Below are positions 1 through 9,233 of a stretch of 32,000 bases of DNA, piece by piece. The number at the start of each line of letters is the position of its first letter. Position 1 is the stretch's first letter. The notes under the pieces were generated by a model that saw nothing but the letters and a program-made list of their open reading frames with translations, searched no databases and had not been told where the DNA came from. The stretch lies in contig NZ_CP047931.1 of assembly GCF_014280175.1 (NCBI RefSeq), forward strand, positions 840,001-872,000, in the 5' to 3' direction. This stretch comes from Synechococcus sp. A15-28 (GTDB lineage: Bacteria > Cyanobacteriota > Cyanobacteriia > PCC-6307 > Cyanobiaceae). The position numbers were made by a program, and so were the translations under genes.

Positions 1-63
1 CCCCAGCACAAGCATCAGCACGCTGCACAGCAGGAGGCGGGAGAGGGGGCGGAGCAGCTGCAT
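1..63 (-). CDS. Partial CDS (N-terminus only) of a secreted or membrane protein that runs off the left edge
   Basis: The reverse complement of 1-63 reads ATG CAG CTG CTC ... = [21 protein letters not shown], which looks like a signal peptide or TM segment. Only 21 codons are visible, so the product is unknown. Confidence 0.3.
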   Translation of the reverse strand, partial: MQLLRPLSRLLLCSVLMLVLG

Positions 64-142
64 CAGAGCCGGAGCAGATCGGTTCATTCTGCCTAGAGTC
101 CGATCCATCGGCGGCAGACCTCTGAGCGGCTTTACCAGACCG

Positions 143-721
143 TTGGCCCGGCTGATCGATCAGTTCGAGCGTCTGCCCGGCATCGGCCCCCGCACGGCCC
201 AGCGTCTCGCCCTGCACCTGCTCAACCAACCAGAAGAGCAGATCCGCCAGTTCGCCGATGCCCTGCTGGCGGCCCGCACCCAGGTGGGGCAGTGTCAGAC
301 CTGCTTTCATCTCTCCGCCGATCCGGAATGCGAGATCTGCCGCAACACGGAGCGCCGCAACGGCCTGATCTGTGTGGTGGCCGATTCCCGCGACCTGCTG
401 GCCCTGGAGCGCACCCGTGAATTTCAAGGCCGCTATCACGTGCTGGGTGGCCTGATCTCGCCAATGGATGGCGTCGGCCCGGAGTTGCTCAACGTGACCC
501 CACTGGTGGCGAGGATCAATCGCGAGGAGATCACAGAGGTGATCCTGGCGTTGACCCCCAGCGTGGAGGGGGACACCACCAGCATCTATCTGGCGCGCTT
601 GCTCAAACCGTTCTGTTCCGTCAGCCGCATCGCCTACGGCCTACCGATGGGCAGTGAGTTGGAGTACGCCGATGAGGTCACCCTCAGCCGGGCCCTGGAA
701 GGTCGTCGGCCGGTGGACTGA
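143..721 (+). CDS. recR: Recombination protein RecR
   Basis: 192-aa ORF with an HhH motif ([17 protein letters not shown]), a Cys4 zinc finger ([16 protein letters not shown]) and a Toprim-like segment ([12 protein letters not shown]). The start codon at 143 is TTG. Confidence 0.93.
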   Translation: MARLIDQFERLPGIGPRTAQRLALHLLNQPEEQIRQFADALLAARTQVGQCQTCFHLSADPECEICRNTERRNGLICVVADSRDLLALERTREFQGRYHVLGGLISPMDGVGPELLNVTPLVARINREEITEVILALTPSVEGDTTSIYLARLLKPFCSVSRIAYGLPMGSELEYADEVTLSRALEGRRPVD

Positions 722-821
722 ATTCACTGTTGCAACGCACACAACTTTCTGAAGAAAGTGGGGTGTTCCAGGCGACCGCGTCAGGGTTCCGTGATGATTT
801 CCTTGCCGGTGACATCGCTTC

Positions 822-839
822 GGGAGGGTGCACCCTCCC
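822..839. repeat. Perfect 18-bp palindrome GGGAGGGTGCACCCTCCC in the recR-lipA spacer; as RNA it could form a 7-bp GC stem with a 4-nt loop
   Basis: I read it directly: the reverse complement equals the forward sequence. It lies about 100 nt after the recR stop and 62 nt before the lipA ATG. No U-tract follows, so calling it a terminator is not supported. Confidence 0.9.
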
Positions 840-900
840 TGGTTGCCGGCACCCCCCGCTGACAGTCCTCCCGCCAGAATCGGGGGGAAGAGGACGTGGA

Positions 901-1800
901 ATGAGCAAATACAGCAGCATGGCCCCGACGGAGCGACTGCCGGAATGGCTGCGGCGACCGATCGGAGATGCATCGGCTCTGGAACGGGTGCAGGGATTGG
1001 TCAAGCAGAACCGCCTGCACACCATCTGCGAGGAAGGGCGCTGCCCCAATCGCGGTGAGTGTTATGCCGCCGGGACGGCCACATTCCTGTTGGGTGGTTC
1101 GATCTGTACCCGCAGCTGTGCCTTCTGCCAGGTGGAGAAAGGCCAGGCGCCGATGGCTGTTGACCCTGCCGAGGCGCAGCGGGTGGCTGATGCGGTGGAG
1201 GCGATGCAGCTGAGATACGTGGTGCTGACGGCCGTTGCCCGCGATGACCTGGCCGATCACGGTGCCACCTTGTTCACCACAACGATGGCGGCGATCCGCG
1301 CCCGCAATCCTTTGATTGCCATCGAGGTGCTGACGCCGGATTTCTGGGGTGGGGTCCCCGATCGCAATCAGGCCATGGCGGCGCAACGAGAGCGGTTAGC
1401 CACGGTGCTGGCGGCGGAACCGGTTTGTTTCAACCACAACCTGGAAACGGTCCAACGCCTGCAGGGCGAGGTTCGGCGTGGTGCCACCTATGAGCGTTCC
1501 CTGGGGCTGTTGGCGGCCTCCCGGGAGCTAGCACCTCACATTCCCACCAAATCAGGGCTGATGCTGGGGCTGGGTGAGAGCCGTGATGAGGTGATCGCCG
1601 CGATGCGGGACCTAAGGGCTGTGGATTGTCAGCGCCTCACCCTGGGTCAGTACCTGCGTCCGTCCTTGGCGCACATTCCCGTGGACCGCTACTGGACGCC
1701 GCAGGAGTTTGACGAACTTGGGGCCGTGGCCCATGAGCTCGGTTTTGCCCAGGTGCGCAGTGGCCCGCTGGTGCGCAGCAGCTATCACGCTGCCGATTGA
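901..1800 (+). CDS. lipA: Lipoyl synthase (radical SAM)
   Basis: Contains [12 protein letters not shown] (auxiliary cluster) and CTRSCAFC (CxxxCxxC), with strong full-length LipA-like sequence. ATG 901 is preceded by GAAGAGGA. The ORF-track start at 730 looks like an upstream read-through extension. Confidence 0.93.
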   Translation: MSKYSSMAPTERLPEWLRRPIGDASALERVQGLVKQNRLHTICEEGRCPNRGECYAAGTATFLLGGSICTRSCAFCQVEKGQAPMAVDPAEAQRVADAVEAMQLRYVVLTAVARDDLADHGATLFTTTMAAIRARNPLIAIEVLTPDFWGGVPDRNQAMAAQRERLATVLAAEPVCFNHNLETVQRLQGEVRRGATYERSLGLLAASRELAPHIPTKSGLMLGLGESRDEVIAAMRDLRAVDCQRLTLGQYLRPSLAHIPVDRYWTPQEFDELGAVAHELGFAQVRSGPLVRSSYHAAD

Positions 1801-2306
1801 TACCAGCCCCGCAGGCTGCGCTCCAGCACCTGCTCCACCGAACCGCTCATCAGCGCACCGGCGCCCCCCCACACCATCCGCAACGGCAGATCCCAAAGGG
1901 CGGCTGCCACATCCCGCTCCTGCTGAAACCCGCGCTGGCGGAAGTACCGCACCAGCCGGCGGTGCTGACGATCGTCATCGCGGATCGCCAGCAGCCAGGC
2001 TCTGCGGCAGGGGGTGGCCTCCAGGGCCCAGGCCATGGTCGCGGCCCAGACCAGATCACCCACGCCAGCAGAGGCTTGGGGAACCACGCGCATGGTGTCC
2101 AGTTGCAGGCCACGGCTGGCGCCATAGGCCCAACCTTTCATCTCACCCAGCAGTTGCGCTGTGCCCGTCGGCCCCGGGCAGGCCACCACCAGCCGCAGGC
2201 TCCAGAGCCCCAACGGGCGCCCCACCTGCAGCCGCAGCAGCCATCCCCGCGCGCGGGCCTGCACTTCCAGCTGCTCGAGCAGGGATGGCGATGGTGCAGG
2301 GCTCAT
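1785..2306 (-). CDS. GNAT-like acetyltransferase-fold protein (conserved hypothetical)
   Basis: 173-aa ORF. The C-terminal part ([23 protein letters not shown]) resembles the acetyl-CoA-binding region of the GNAT fold. Its ATG overlaps the stop of the upstream GST-DUF952 gene (ATGA). Its 3' end overlaps the lipA 3' end by 16 bp. Confidence 0.55.
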   Translation of the reverse strand: MSPAPSPSLLEQLEVQARARGWLLRLQVGRPLGLWSLRLVVACPGPTGTAQLLGEMKGWAYGASRGLQLDTMRVVPQASAGVGDLVWAATMAWALEATPCRRAWLLAIRDDDRQHRRLVRYFRQRGFQQERDVAAALWDLPLRMVWGGAGALMSGSVEQVLERSLRGWYQSAA

Positions 2307-3262
2307 CGTTGGCTCACCTTCCGCACGGCCTTGAGTGGTATGGGGCCGTACAGATGCGGAAAGAGTTCACCGGAGGGTATGGCGTCGGCCCGTAGGGGGG
2401 CATTCACCAGGGCCGGATCGATCTCCAGCAACAGCACATCGCCGGCATCGGCATAGAAGCGGTCGTAGGTCGGCTCCACCTGTTCACGCCAGGAACAGTG
2501 AATGAAGCCCACCTGTTCGAGCATCAGCGCCCTGGTGGAGACCCGGTACTCCCCTTGGTTCTGGGCCTGATGCCAATCCGAAGCGAGGGCCAGATGGAAG
2601 AGGGGTTGATCCGTTGGAACAGCGATGGCATCGGCGGGGAACAGGGGCTGCAGGCCGCCGGAATCCCAGGGATCGGCGCGCTGCATCAGTCGCTCGAACC
2701 CAGGAGCTTCCAGGAAGTGATTCAGCCAGCCACGCAATGGCTCCAGCTCAGGGTCAGCATCGAATCCCTGGGGATCTGCGATGCGCCACTGGCGCACGAA
2801 GGGCCACAGGGCTGCGTCGGCCAACCCCATCCGCTCACCGGTCAGCCAGCCGGTTTCACGGATGCGCGCACTCCAACCCCTGAGGATTGACAGCCCCTCC
2901 CGCTGGTGGACGGATGGATCCGCCCCTGGATAGCGGTCGCTGTACTTGAAGCGATCGAGGTGATGTTTGAACCCATCGTCGTTCTGCCGCAGCCAGGGAT
3001 CCGGATCACCTGCACCCAGACAGTCCCTGGGGTCCGCCTGCGCAAGGGCCCAATGCATCAGCTCGAGGCTTTCCTCGATCACCGTGCCATCGGCGAGCAC
3101 CAGCACCGGCACCGTGCCCTTGGGTGAGGCTTCAACCATGGCGGCGGGTTTGGCGCGCAGCTCGATCTCGCGCCACTGCACCAATAACCCTGCTTCCAAC
3201 AAGGCCCAACGTGCCCGCATGGCGTATGGGCATCGCCGGAAGCTGTAGAGGATCGGCAGCAT
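2303..3262 (-). CDS. Fusion protein: glutathione S-transferase/glutaredoxin-2-like N-terminal region plus C-terminal DUF952
   Basis: The N-terminus (LYSFRRCPYAMRARWAL...GTVPVLVL..G.VIEESLELMHW) is a thioredoxin-fold GST_N with a CPYA motif. The last ~100 aa (FHLALASDWHQAQNQGEYRVSTRAL..EQVGFIHCS...LLLEID...ELFPHLYGPIP) match the DUF952 pattern. Confidence 0.8.
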   Translation of the reverse strand: MLPILYSFRRCPYAMRARWALLEAGLLVQWREIELRAKPAAMVEASPKGTVPVLVLADGTVIEESLELMHWALAQADPRDCLGAGDPDPWLRQNDDGFKHHLDRFKYSDRYPGADPSVHQREGLSILRGWSARIRETGWLTGERMGLADAALWPFVRQWRIADPQGFDADPELEPLRGWLNHFLEAPGFERLMQRADPWDSGGLQPLFPADAIAVPTDQPLFHLALASDWHQAQNQGEYRVSTRALMLEQVGFIHCSWREQVEPTYDRFYADAGDVLLLEIDPALVNAPLRADAIPSGELFPHLYGPIPLKAVRKVSQR

Positions 3263-3320
3263 GAACTTGGCGTCGGAGTGTGGATGCGTTAAGCGTGGGG
3301 TCGAACGGTCTGATGCATTG

Positions 3321-3470
3321 ATGCGAGCCCTGGTTCCGATTGGACTGCTCGCCTGGATGGTGGGTCTGTTCGTGGCCCACCACCAGATTCACGCCGGTGG
3401 TTGTGTCACCGAAGCGCGCTGGGCATCCCAGAACGATGAGGTGTACGACCGTGAACTGGAGGTGAACTGA
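3321..3470 (+). CDS. Small single-TM protein (49 aa), hypothetical
   Basis: MRALVPIGLLAWMVGLFVAHHQIHAGGC... has one hydrophobic helix. Third codon positions are mostly G/C, as in neighbouring genes. The stop overlaps the next ATG (TGATG). The ORF-track start at 3261 would overlap the divergent GST start, so ATG 3321 is preferred. Confidence 0.4.
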   Translation: MRALVPIGLLAWMVGLFVAHHQIHAGGCVTEARWASQNDEVYDRELEVN

Positions 3471-3658
3471 TGGCCCGCAAGCGCATTTCCTTCCGGGATC
3501 CGGTCTGGTTGATTCCCATGGTGATCGTTGTCCTGGGCTGTTCCGTTCAGACCCTCCACATGCTGGAGCACGGTCGTTACTGCAAAACGGATGCTGAATG
3601 GAAGGCGTTCTACGACGCCAAGCCATCGGACTCAGAGGAGGAGTCCGACGACTTCTGA
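3470..3658 (+). CDS. Small single-TM protein (62 aa) with an acidic C-terminal tail, hypothetical
   Basis: MARKRISFRDPVWLIPMVIVVLGCSVQ...[10 protein letters not shown]. It has a basic N-terminus, one TM helix and G/C-rich third positions. Its 3' end overlaps the trhO 3' end by 49 bp (convergent). Confidence 0.5.
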   Translation: MARKRISFRDPVWLIPMVIVVLGCSVQTLHMLEHGRYCKTDAEWKAFYDAKPSDSEEESDDF

Positions 3659-4560
3659 TCCATCTGCCGTTGGCGCATGGCGAACCGTGCCCGGTCGCTT
3701 TCCGAGAAGCGGTCGATGCAATGGAGACACTGCACTCCCTTGATGTAACTCGGTAACGACCGCTGGTCGGGTGAAAGCGGCAGCCCGCAGGCGTGGCAGA
3801 GGCTGTGTTCTCCGGGTTCCAGCTGGTGGTTGACGGCCACCCGCTGATCGAACACAAAACATTCACCCCGCCAACGGCTGTCCTTCTCAGGAACCTGCTC
3901 GAGATAGTTGAGGATGCCGCCCCTCAGGTGATGCACTTCACCGAACCCCTGTTGTTGCAGGTAAGTGCTGGCTTTCTCGCAGCGGATGCCGCCGGTGCAG
4001 AACATGGCGATGCGCTTTGGGGCGGTGCCGTTCACCAGGGGGCGAAGCTCGCTTTCAGCCCATTGCGGAAAGTCGCGGAAGCTGTCGGTGCCGGGGTCGA
4101 TGGCACCGTCAAAACTGCCGATGGCAGTCTCGTAGTGGTTGCGGGTGTCGATCACCAGGGTGTCGGGGTCATCGACCAGGGCGTTCCAATCCTCGGGATC
4201 CACATAGGTGCCGACATTGATCCTGGGATCAACGCCTTCAACCCCCATGGTCACGATCTCTTTCTTGCGCCGGGCCTTGAAGCGACGGAACACCGACCGT
4301 TCCGCCCAGCTGCGCTTCACTGCCAACCGCTCGAAGTGGTGCTGTCCGAGGGTGAGCTGTCGCTGCAGGTGAGCGAGCAGGCTTTCCACCCCCGTTTCCG
4401 GACCACTGATCGTGCCGTTGACGCCTTCCTTGGCAACCAGAACTGAGCCGAGCACATCTTCTTCGCAAGCAAGCGGCGGCAAGGCGTTCAGCAAGGCCTC
4501 GCGCTGGTCGTCATCAAGGGGTGTGAAGGCGTAGAACGCCGCCACTAGCAAGCGGCTCAT
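3610..4560 (-). CDS. trhO: Rhodanese-domain protein of the UPF0176/TrhO family (tRNA uridine-34 hydroxylase-like)
   Basis: N-terminus [12 protein letters not shown], rhodanese active-site loop [12 protein letters not shown], and a C-terminal Cys cluster (CHACG...CLHC). ATG 4560 overlaps the bioB stop (ATGA). The ORF-track start at 4698 lies inside bioB and is rejected. Confidence 0.85.
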   Translation of the reverse strand: MSRLLVAAFYAFTPLDDDQREALLNALPPLACEEDVLGSVLVAKEGVNGTISGPETGVESLLAHLQRQLTLGQHHFERLAVKRSWAERSVFRRFKARRKKEIVTMGVEGVDPRINVGTYVDPEDWNALVDDPDTLVIDTRNHYETAIGSFDGAIDPGTDSFRDFPQWAESELRPLVNGTAPKRIAMFCTGGIRCEKASTYLQQQGFGEVHHLRGGILNYLEQVPEKDSRWRGECFVFDQRVAVNHQLEPGEHSLCHACGLPLSPDQRSLPSYIKGVQCLHCIDRFSESDRARFAMRQRQMDQKSSDSSSESDGLAS

Positions 4561-5534
4561 GCCGTGGTCTGGCACTCCTGCCAGTTGGCCTGAACCCCGG
4601 CGTCGGCGAGCAACTGACGGTCGGCCTCCACGTCCGGGTTGCCGGTGGTCAGCAGGACGTCGCCGTAGAAGATCGAATCGGCGCCAGCCTGCAGGCAAAG
4701 GATCTGGGCCTCACGGCTCATCGATTCACGGCCAGCGCTGAGCCGCACCCGCGACTGGGGCATCAGAATTCTGGCCGTGGCCACCATCCGCACCAGTTCC
4801 AGTGGTTCGAAGGGGGCTTGATCTTCCAGAGGGGTGCCCTCCACAGCCACCAGTCCATTGACGGGCACGCTTTCCGGGTGAGGGTTCATGGAGGCCAGCA
4901 CCTGCAGCATTGAGGCGCGATCCCGCAGGGTTTCCCCCATGCCGATGATGCCGCCGCAGCACAGGGTCACCCCGGCTCGGCGCACCCGCTGAAGGGTTTC
5001 CAGTCGTTCCTGATAGGTGCGGGTCGAGATGATCCGCTCGTAGTGCTCAGGGCTGGTGTCCAGGTTGTGGTTGTAGGCGGTGAGCCCCGCTTCCGCCAGC
5101 CGGTCCGCCTGCTGATCGGTGAGCATCCCAGCTGTCACGCAGGCCTCCATGCCCAGGTTCCGCACGCCCCGCACCATCGAGAGCATGGCTTCAAACGGAG
5201 CCCCATCGCGGATCTCCCGCCAGGCCCAGCCCATGCAGAAGCGATCGGCGCCGGCCTCTTTGGCGGCCCTGGCCCGTTGCAATACCGGCTCCACCTGCAT
5301 CTGAGCCTCGAAGGCCGTCACATCACTGCTGTTGTGGATCGATTGAGAGCAGTAGGCACAGTCTTCTTCGCAGCCGCCGGTTTTCACGCTCAGCAGGGAG
5401 GCCAGCTGCACCCGGTAGCCCGGGTTGGCGGCTCGGTGCACGGTCTGGGCCTGCCAGAGCAACTCCATCAGAGGCAGTTCCAGCAGCGCCTGGATTTCGG
5501 CGATGGTCCAGTCGTGGCGGATCGTGAGCGTCAT
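4557..5534 (-). CDS. bioB: Biotin synthase (radical SAM)
   Basis: [10 protein letters not shown] (CxxxCxxC) and [12 protein letters not shown], with full-length BioB-like sequence. The start overlaps the uppS stop (ATGA). Confidence 0.95.
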   Translation of the reverse strand: MTLTIRHDWTIAEIQALLELPLMELLWQAQTVHRAANPGYRVQLASLLSVKTGGCEEDCAYCSQSIHNSSDVTAFEAQMQVEPVLQRARAAKEAGADRFCMGWAWREIRDGAPFEAMLSMVRGVRNLGMEACVTAGMLTDQQADRLAEAGLTAYNHNLDTSPEHYERIISTRTYQERLETLQRVRRAGVTLCCGGIIGMGETLRDRASMLQVLASMNPHPESVPVNGLVAVEGTPLEDQAPFEPLELVRMVATARILMPQSRVRLSAGRESMSREAQILCLQAGADSIFYGDVLLTTGNPDVEADRQLLADAGVQANWQECQTTA

Positions 5535-6313
5535 GGCGTGAGTGGATCAAGGCCTCCGAAGCGGCGGGAGCGGCTCTGGAAATCGAGCAGGGCTTGTTTC
5601 AGGGCCTTCTCGTTGAAATCAGGCCAGAACACATCGGTCACGTGGATTTCGGCATAGGCCAGCTGCCAGAGCAGGAAGTTGCTGATCCGGTGTTCGCCGC
5701 TGGTGCGAATCAGCAGATCAGGATCCTGCTCGCCGGCGGTGAACAATTCCGCCGCCAGGCTGTTTTCATCGATGTCTTCGGGAGCCAGATCGCCGTTGGC
5801 GGCCTGGCGCGCCAAGCGCTGGGCCGCACGCACCAGCTCCCGCCGACCGCCGTAATTGGTGCAGACGTTGAAGTGAATGCCGCCGTTGCCGGCGGTTCGA
5901 TCCGTGGCATCGGAGATCAGCTCCTGCAATTTGAGCGGCAGGGCCTCCAGATCCCCAAGGAAACGAATGCGCACCTGCTCTTCCTCGAGGGTGCGCAACT
6001 CCCTCTGCAGCACCCGTTCAAACAGGGTCATCAGGAAATTCACCTCATCCCCTGGCCGAGACCAGTTCTCCGTTGAGAAGGCGTAAGCGGTGAGGGCACC
6101 AATACCCCAGTCACTGCAGAGCCGAAGGGTCGCCTTGAGCGCTTCCACTCCGGCGCGGTGACCCATCACCCGCGGCAGCCCCCTGGATTCCGCCCAGCGG
6201 CCGTTGCCATCCATGATCACGGCCACGTGCGCAGGCAACCGCTCGCGATCAAGCTCCGGCGGGCAGAACTTGGACGCAGTGAGGTCGTGGCTGGTGGCCG
6301 GTGGTCGGCTCAA
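5531..6313 (-). CDS. uppS: Undecaprenyl (isoprenyl) diphosphate synthase, cis-prenyltransferase
   Basis: [22 protein letters not shown] and [20 protein letters not shown]. The start codon at 6313 is TTG and overlaps the cdaA stop. Confidence 0.92.
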   Translation of the reverse strand: MSRPPATSHDLTASKFCPPELDRERLPAHVAVIMDGNGRWAESRGLPRVMGHRAGVEALKATLRLCSDWGIGALTAYAFSTENWSRPGDEVNFLMTLFERVLQRELRTLEEEQVRIRFLGDLEALPLKLQELISDATDRTAGNGGIHFNVCTNYGGRRELVRAAQRLARQAANGDLAPEDIDENSLAAELFTAGEQDPDLLIRTSGEHRISNFLLWQLAYAEIHVTDVFWPDFNEKALKQALLDFQSRSRRFGGLDPLTP

Positions 6314-7143
6314 GACAGCGATTCAGCCGATGAGTTCCCCACCGTACGTCGTGCTGGTGGCCTGGATTCCGCTGCGCTGAACAGTTCCCGCAGGAGCTCC
6401 TCCAGCCTGGAACTGGTGATGGGTCGTTCGAGTTTGCCCTGGTTGGACAGAGACAGGGTGCCGGTCTCTTCCGAAACAACGATGCAGATGCAGCGATCGA
6501 ACCGTTCTGTTATTCCGAGAGCTGCCAGATGTCTGGTTCCGTAGCGACTGACGCTGTGGCGGGAGAGCGGCAGGATCACGCCGGCTGCTTCAATCCGATT
6601 GCCGCGCACCAGAACAGCGCCATCGTGCAGCGGTGTGTCAGCGGCAAAGAGATTCAGCAACAGCTCGCGACTCAGTTGGGCACCGATCGCAACGCCTGGG
6701 TTGAGAAAGTCCTCAGGGCGTAAATCGCTGCCCATGTCGACAACGATCAGGGCTCCACGACGCTGCTGCGAAAGGCGACCCGCTGCCTCGGTGATCTGGG
6801 TCACGGTGCCGGCATTGCCCCGGAACTCCTTCTGTGGATTGCCGAGCAACACGGCCAACCTGCCGGTGCCGAGCAGTTCCATCAGACGTCTCAATTCTCC
6901 CTGCCAGAGAATGGCCAACGACAATGAACAGGCCAGTACCAGCGCGTCGACCAGCTTCGACGTGAGCGGTAGGTCGGCATATCGCTGGACGAACCAGGCC
7001 AGGGATACCAGGAAGAGGTATCCCCTCAGCAACCACAGGGTTCGAGCTTCGTTGACCCTGGAGAACAGCAGAAAGCCGATGGCAGTGGCAAACAGAACGT
7101 CAAGGACCAGGCGCGGATCCACCACCGCCAGCACGTTCACCAA
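6310..7143 (-). CDS. cdaA: Diadenylate cyclase (c-di-AMP synthase), membrane-anchored CdaA type
   Basis: Three N-terminal hydrophobic helices are followed by a DAC domain ([36 protein letters not shown]). The start is TTG 7143 or GTG 7140. Confidence 0.9.
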   Translation of the reverse strand: MVNVLAVVDPRLVLDVLFATAIGFLLFSRVNEARTLWLLRGYLFLVSLAWFVQRYADLPLTSKLVDALVLACSLSLAILWQGELRRLMELLGTGRLAVLLGNPQKEFRGNAGTVTQITEAAGRLSQQRRGALIVVDMGSDLRPEDFLNPGVAIGAQLSRELLLNLFAADTPLHDGAVLVRGNRIEAAGVILPLSRHSVSRYGTRHLAALGITERFDRCICIVVSEETGTLSLSNQGKLERPITSSRLEELLRELFSAAESRPPARRTVGNSSAESLS

Positions 7144-7161
7144 GCCAACTTCATACTGATA

Positions 7162-8541
7162 TCAAAGTAACGCTCTGAACCTGTCTGGCAGGACGTCGTA
7201 GCGCAGCAGATCATCCGGCTGCTCCCGCTTCTGCACGAGTTCGGAACTGCCGCCCTTCACCACCACGGCTGCTGGTCGCGGGATCCGGTTGTAGTTGGAG
7301 CTCATTGATGCGTTGTAAGCGCCGGTGGAGAACACGGCGACGATGTCTCCGCTGCGGGTGGTGGGCATCGGCAGATCCTTCAGCAGCACATCACCGGATT
7401 CGCAGTGCTTACCCACCAGATTCACAGTCTCTTCCGCAGGGGCCAGCGGACGGTCGGCCAGACAGCAGGTGTACAGGGATTGGTAGGTAATCGGTCTGGG
7501 GTTGTCACTCATGCCACCGTCGACGGCAACGTAGGTGCGAATGCCGGGGATGGTCTTGCGGGAGCCCACGGTGTAAAGCGTGACCCCGGCGGTGGCGACC
7601 AGGGAACGCCCCGGCTCACACAGCAATCTGGGCAGCTCCAATTGCCGATCGCGGCAGGCCGCTGTGACGGCCTCGGCCACCACCTTCACCCATTGCTCGA
7701 TGGTCGGCGGATCGTCTGAGGCCACATAGCGAATTCCAAGGCCACCCCCCACATTCAGGTCTTCCACGGGATGACCCATGTCTCGGGCCAGCTTGAAGGC
7801 ATCGGCCATGACCGCTGCCAGGTCCCGATGCGGCTCCAGTTCGAAAATCTGGGAGCCGATGTGGGCGTGGAGGCCGGTGAGTTTCGCCCAGGGTTGATCA
7901 ACCAACTGTCGAAGCACCGACTCCAGCAGGTCGGGATCAAAGCCGAATTTGCTGTCCAGGTGACCGGTTTGGATGTACTCGTGGGTGTGGCATTCGATGC
8001 CGGGGGTGAAGCGCAGCATCAGCCGGGCTGGCGGGCTGCCGGCGGGCACCAGCTCCGCCAATCGATCCAGATCGTGCTGGTTGTCGACGACGATCGTGAC
8101 GTTGTTGTTGTAGGCGAGCAGGAGCTCGTCGTCGCTCTTGTTGTTGCCGTGCAGCACCATCCGTTCGCCGGGCACGCCCCCCTGGAAAGCCGTCAGGAGT
8201 TCGCCGGCAGACACCGCGTCGAGGCCAAGGCCCTCGGAGGCGGCAATGCTGCTCATCAGCAGTGAGCTGTTGGCTTTGGAGGCGTAAATCGGCAGGGAGG
8301 GACCGGGGTAGTGCTGCTTCAGGGCATCCCGATAGGCCCTACAGGTGCCTCGCACCGTCTCCTCATCCAGCACGTAAAGGGGTGTGCCGTAGCGCTGGGC
8401 AAGGTCGCTCAGAAGGCACCCACCCACCATCAGCCGATCGTTGTCATCCAGATCGGTGGTGACCGGCGCCAGGTTGCGGTTGGGACTGGCGGTATCTCGG
8501 TCCGCTTCGAAGGGCTTCTGGCTGGCGATGGCTTGGGTCAC
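7162..8541 (-). CDS. lysA: Diaminopimelate decarboxylase
   Basis: PLP-lysine motif YASKAN, GGGLGIRY and CESGD, with full-length LysA-like sequence. GTG start at 8541. Confidence 0.95.
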   Translation of the reverse strand: MTQAIASQKPFEADRDTASPNRNLAPVTTDLDDNDRLMVGGCLLSDLAQRYGTPLYVLDEETVRGTCRAYRDALKQHYPGPSLPIYASKANSSLLMSSIAASEGLGLDAVSAGELLTAFQGGVPGERMVLHGNNKSDDELLLAYNNNVTIVVDNQHDLDRLAELVPAGSPPARLMLRFTPGIECHTHEYIQTGHLDSKFGFDPDLLESVLRQLVDQPWAKLTGLHAHIGSQIFELEPHRDLAAVMADAFKLARDMGHPVEDLNVGGGLGIRYVASDDPPTIEQWVKVVAEAVTAACRDRQLELPRLLCEPGRSLVATAGVTLYTVGSRKTIPGIRTYVAVDGGMSDNPRPITYQSLYTCCLADRPLAPAEETVNLVGKHCESGDVLLKDLPMPTTRSGDIVAVFSTGAYNASMSSNYNRIPRPAAVVVKGGSSELVQKREQPDDLLRYDVLPDRFRALL

Positions 8542-8597
8542 GTCGGGCCTGCGAAGAGGGCCAATGTAGGAATCGGACTGACCCAGGCAGGTTCAGG

Positions 8598-9041
8598 GTG
8601 ACCGTCACCGATCTCGATTCCAGCTGGTTGGCCGCATGTCTTGGGCTGGATGAACGAGCTCTGAACGGGTTCTGGACTGTTCAGCAATGGCGCCGTGAGC
8701 TGGAGGATCCCCGTCGTCTCTGCCTCGGGCTGGTCAAGAACCAGCGGTTGTTGGGAGTGGCCTGCGGCTGGTTGGTCGTGGATGAACTGCACATCACCGT
8801 GGTGGCAGTGGATCCCGATGAGCGTCAACGGGGCCATGGCCGTTGTCTGCTGCTGGCGCTGTTGCAACGGGCACGACAGGACGGTGCGGCCCACGCCACC
8901 CTCGAAGTCAGCGATGACAACATCGCCGCCCTCGCCCTTTACAACCGCGCTGGTTTCCGAACCGCCGGTCGTCGGGAGGGTTACTACAGAGACGGTTCCG
9001 ACGCCCTCATTCAATGGTGTCGGTTGACCCCCGAGGAGTAG
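8598..9041 (+). CDS. rimI: GNAT N-acetyltransferase, RimI-like (ribosomal-protein-alanine acetyltransferase)
   Basis: 147 aa with the acetyl-CoA motif RQRGHGRCLL and ATLEVSDDNIAALALYNRAGF. GTG start. Divergent from lysA. Confidence 0.78.
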   Translation: MTVTDLDSSWLAACLGLDERALNGFWTVQQWRRELEDPRRLCLGLVKNQRLLGVACGWLVVDELHITVVAVDPDERQRGHGRCLLLALLQRARQDGAAHATLEVSDDNIAALALYNRAGFRTAGRREGYYRDGSDALIQWCRLTPEE

Positions 9042-9233
9042 CTCCGGTCGGCTTTTGGTGTTGTTCGGTTTCCCGTCCCTGGGAGACAAAAAAGAACGAA
9101 ATCTTTTTGATCTTGTTGTTAATTTTCTTCTGCGACAGGCCTGTACCCGACTGGAAAGTGACCGAACCGACCGAACACTCGCATCGGCCTCACAGTCCTG
9201 ATAGCTTGGTCACACTTACGTATCGGCCTCGCG

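Noticed and set aside
730-900. N-terminal 57-aa extension of lipA in the ORF track
   Set aside because: The extension has no LipA-like sequence, spans the 18-bp palindrome and is non-coding in character. ATG 901 has a purine-rich RBS and gives a normal-length LipA.
4561-4698. 46-aa N-terminal extension of trhO
   Set aside because: It lies inside the bioB coding region in another frame and is Arg-rich. ATG 4560 forms an ATGA junction with the bioB stop and yields the expected family N-terminus.
8542-8597. Possible NtcA-type site (GTAGGAATCGGACT) in the lysA/rimI divergent spacer
   Set aside because: It does not fit GTA-N8-TAC because the second half-site is ACT, and no suitably spaced -10 element was seen.
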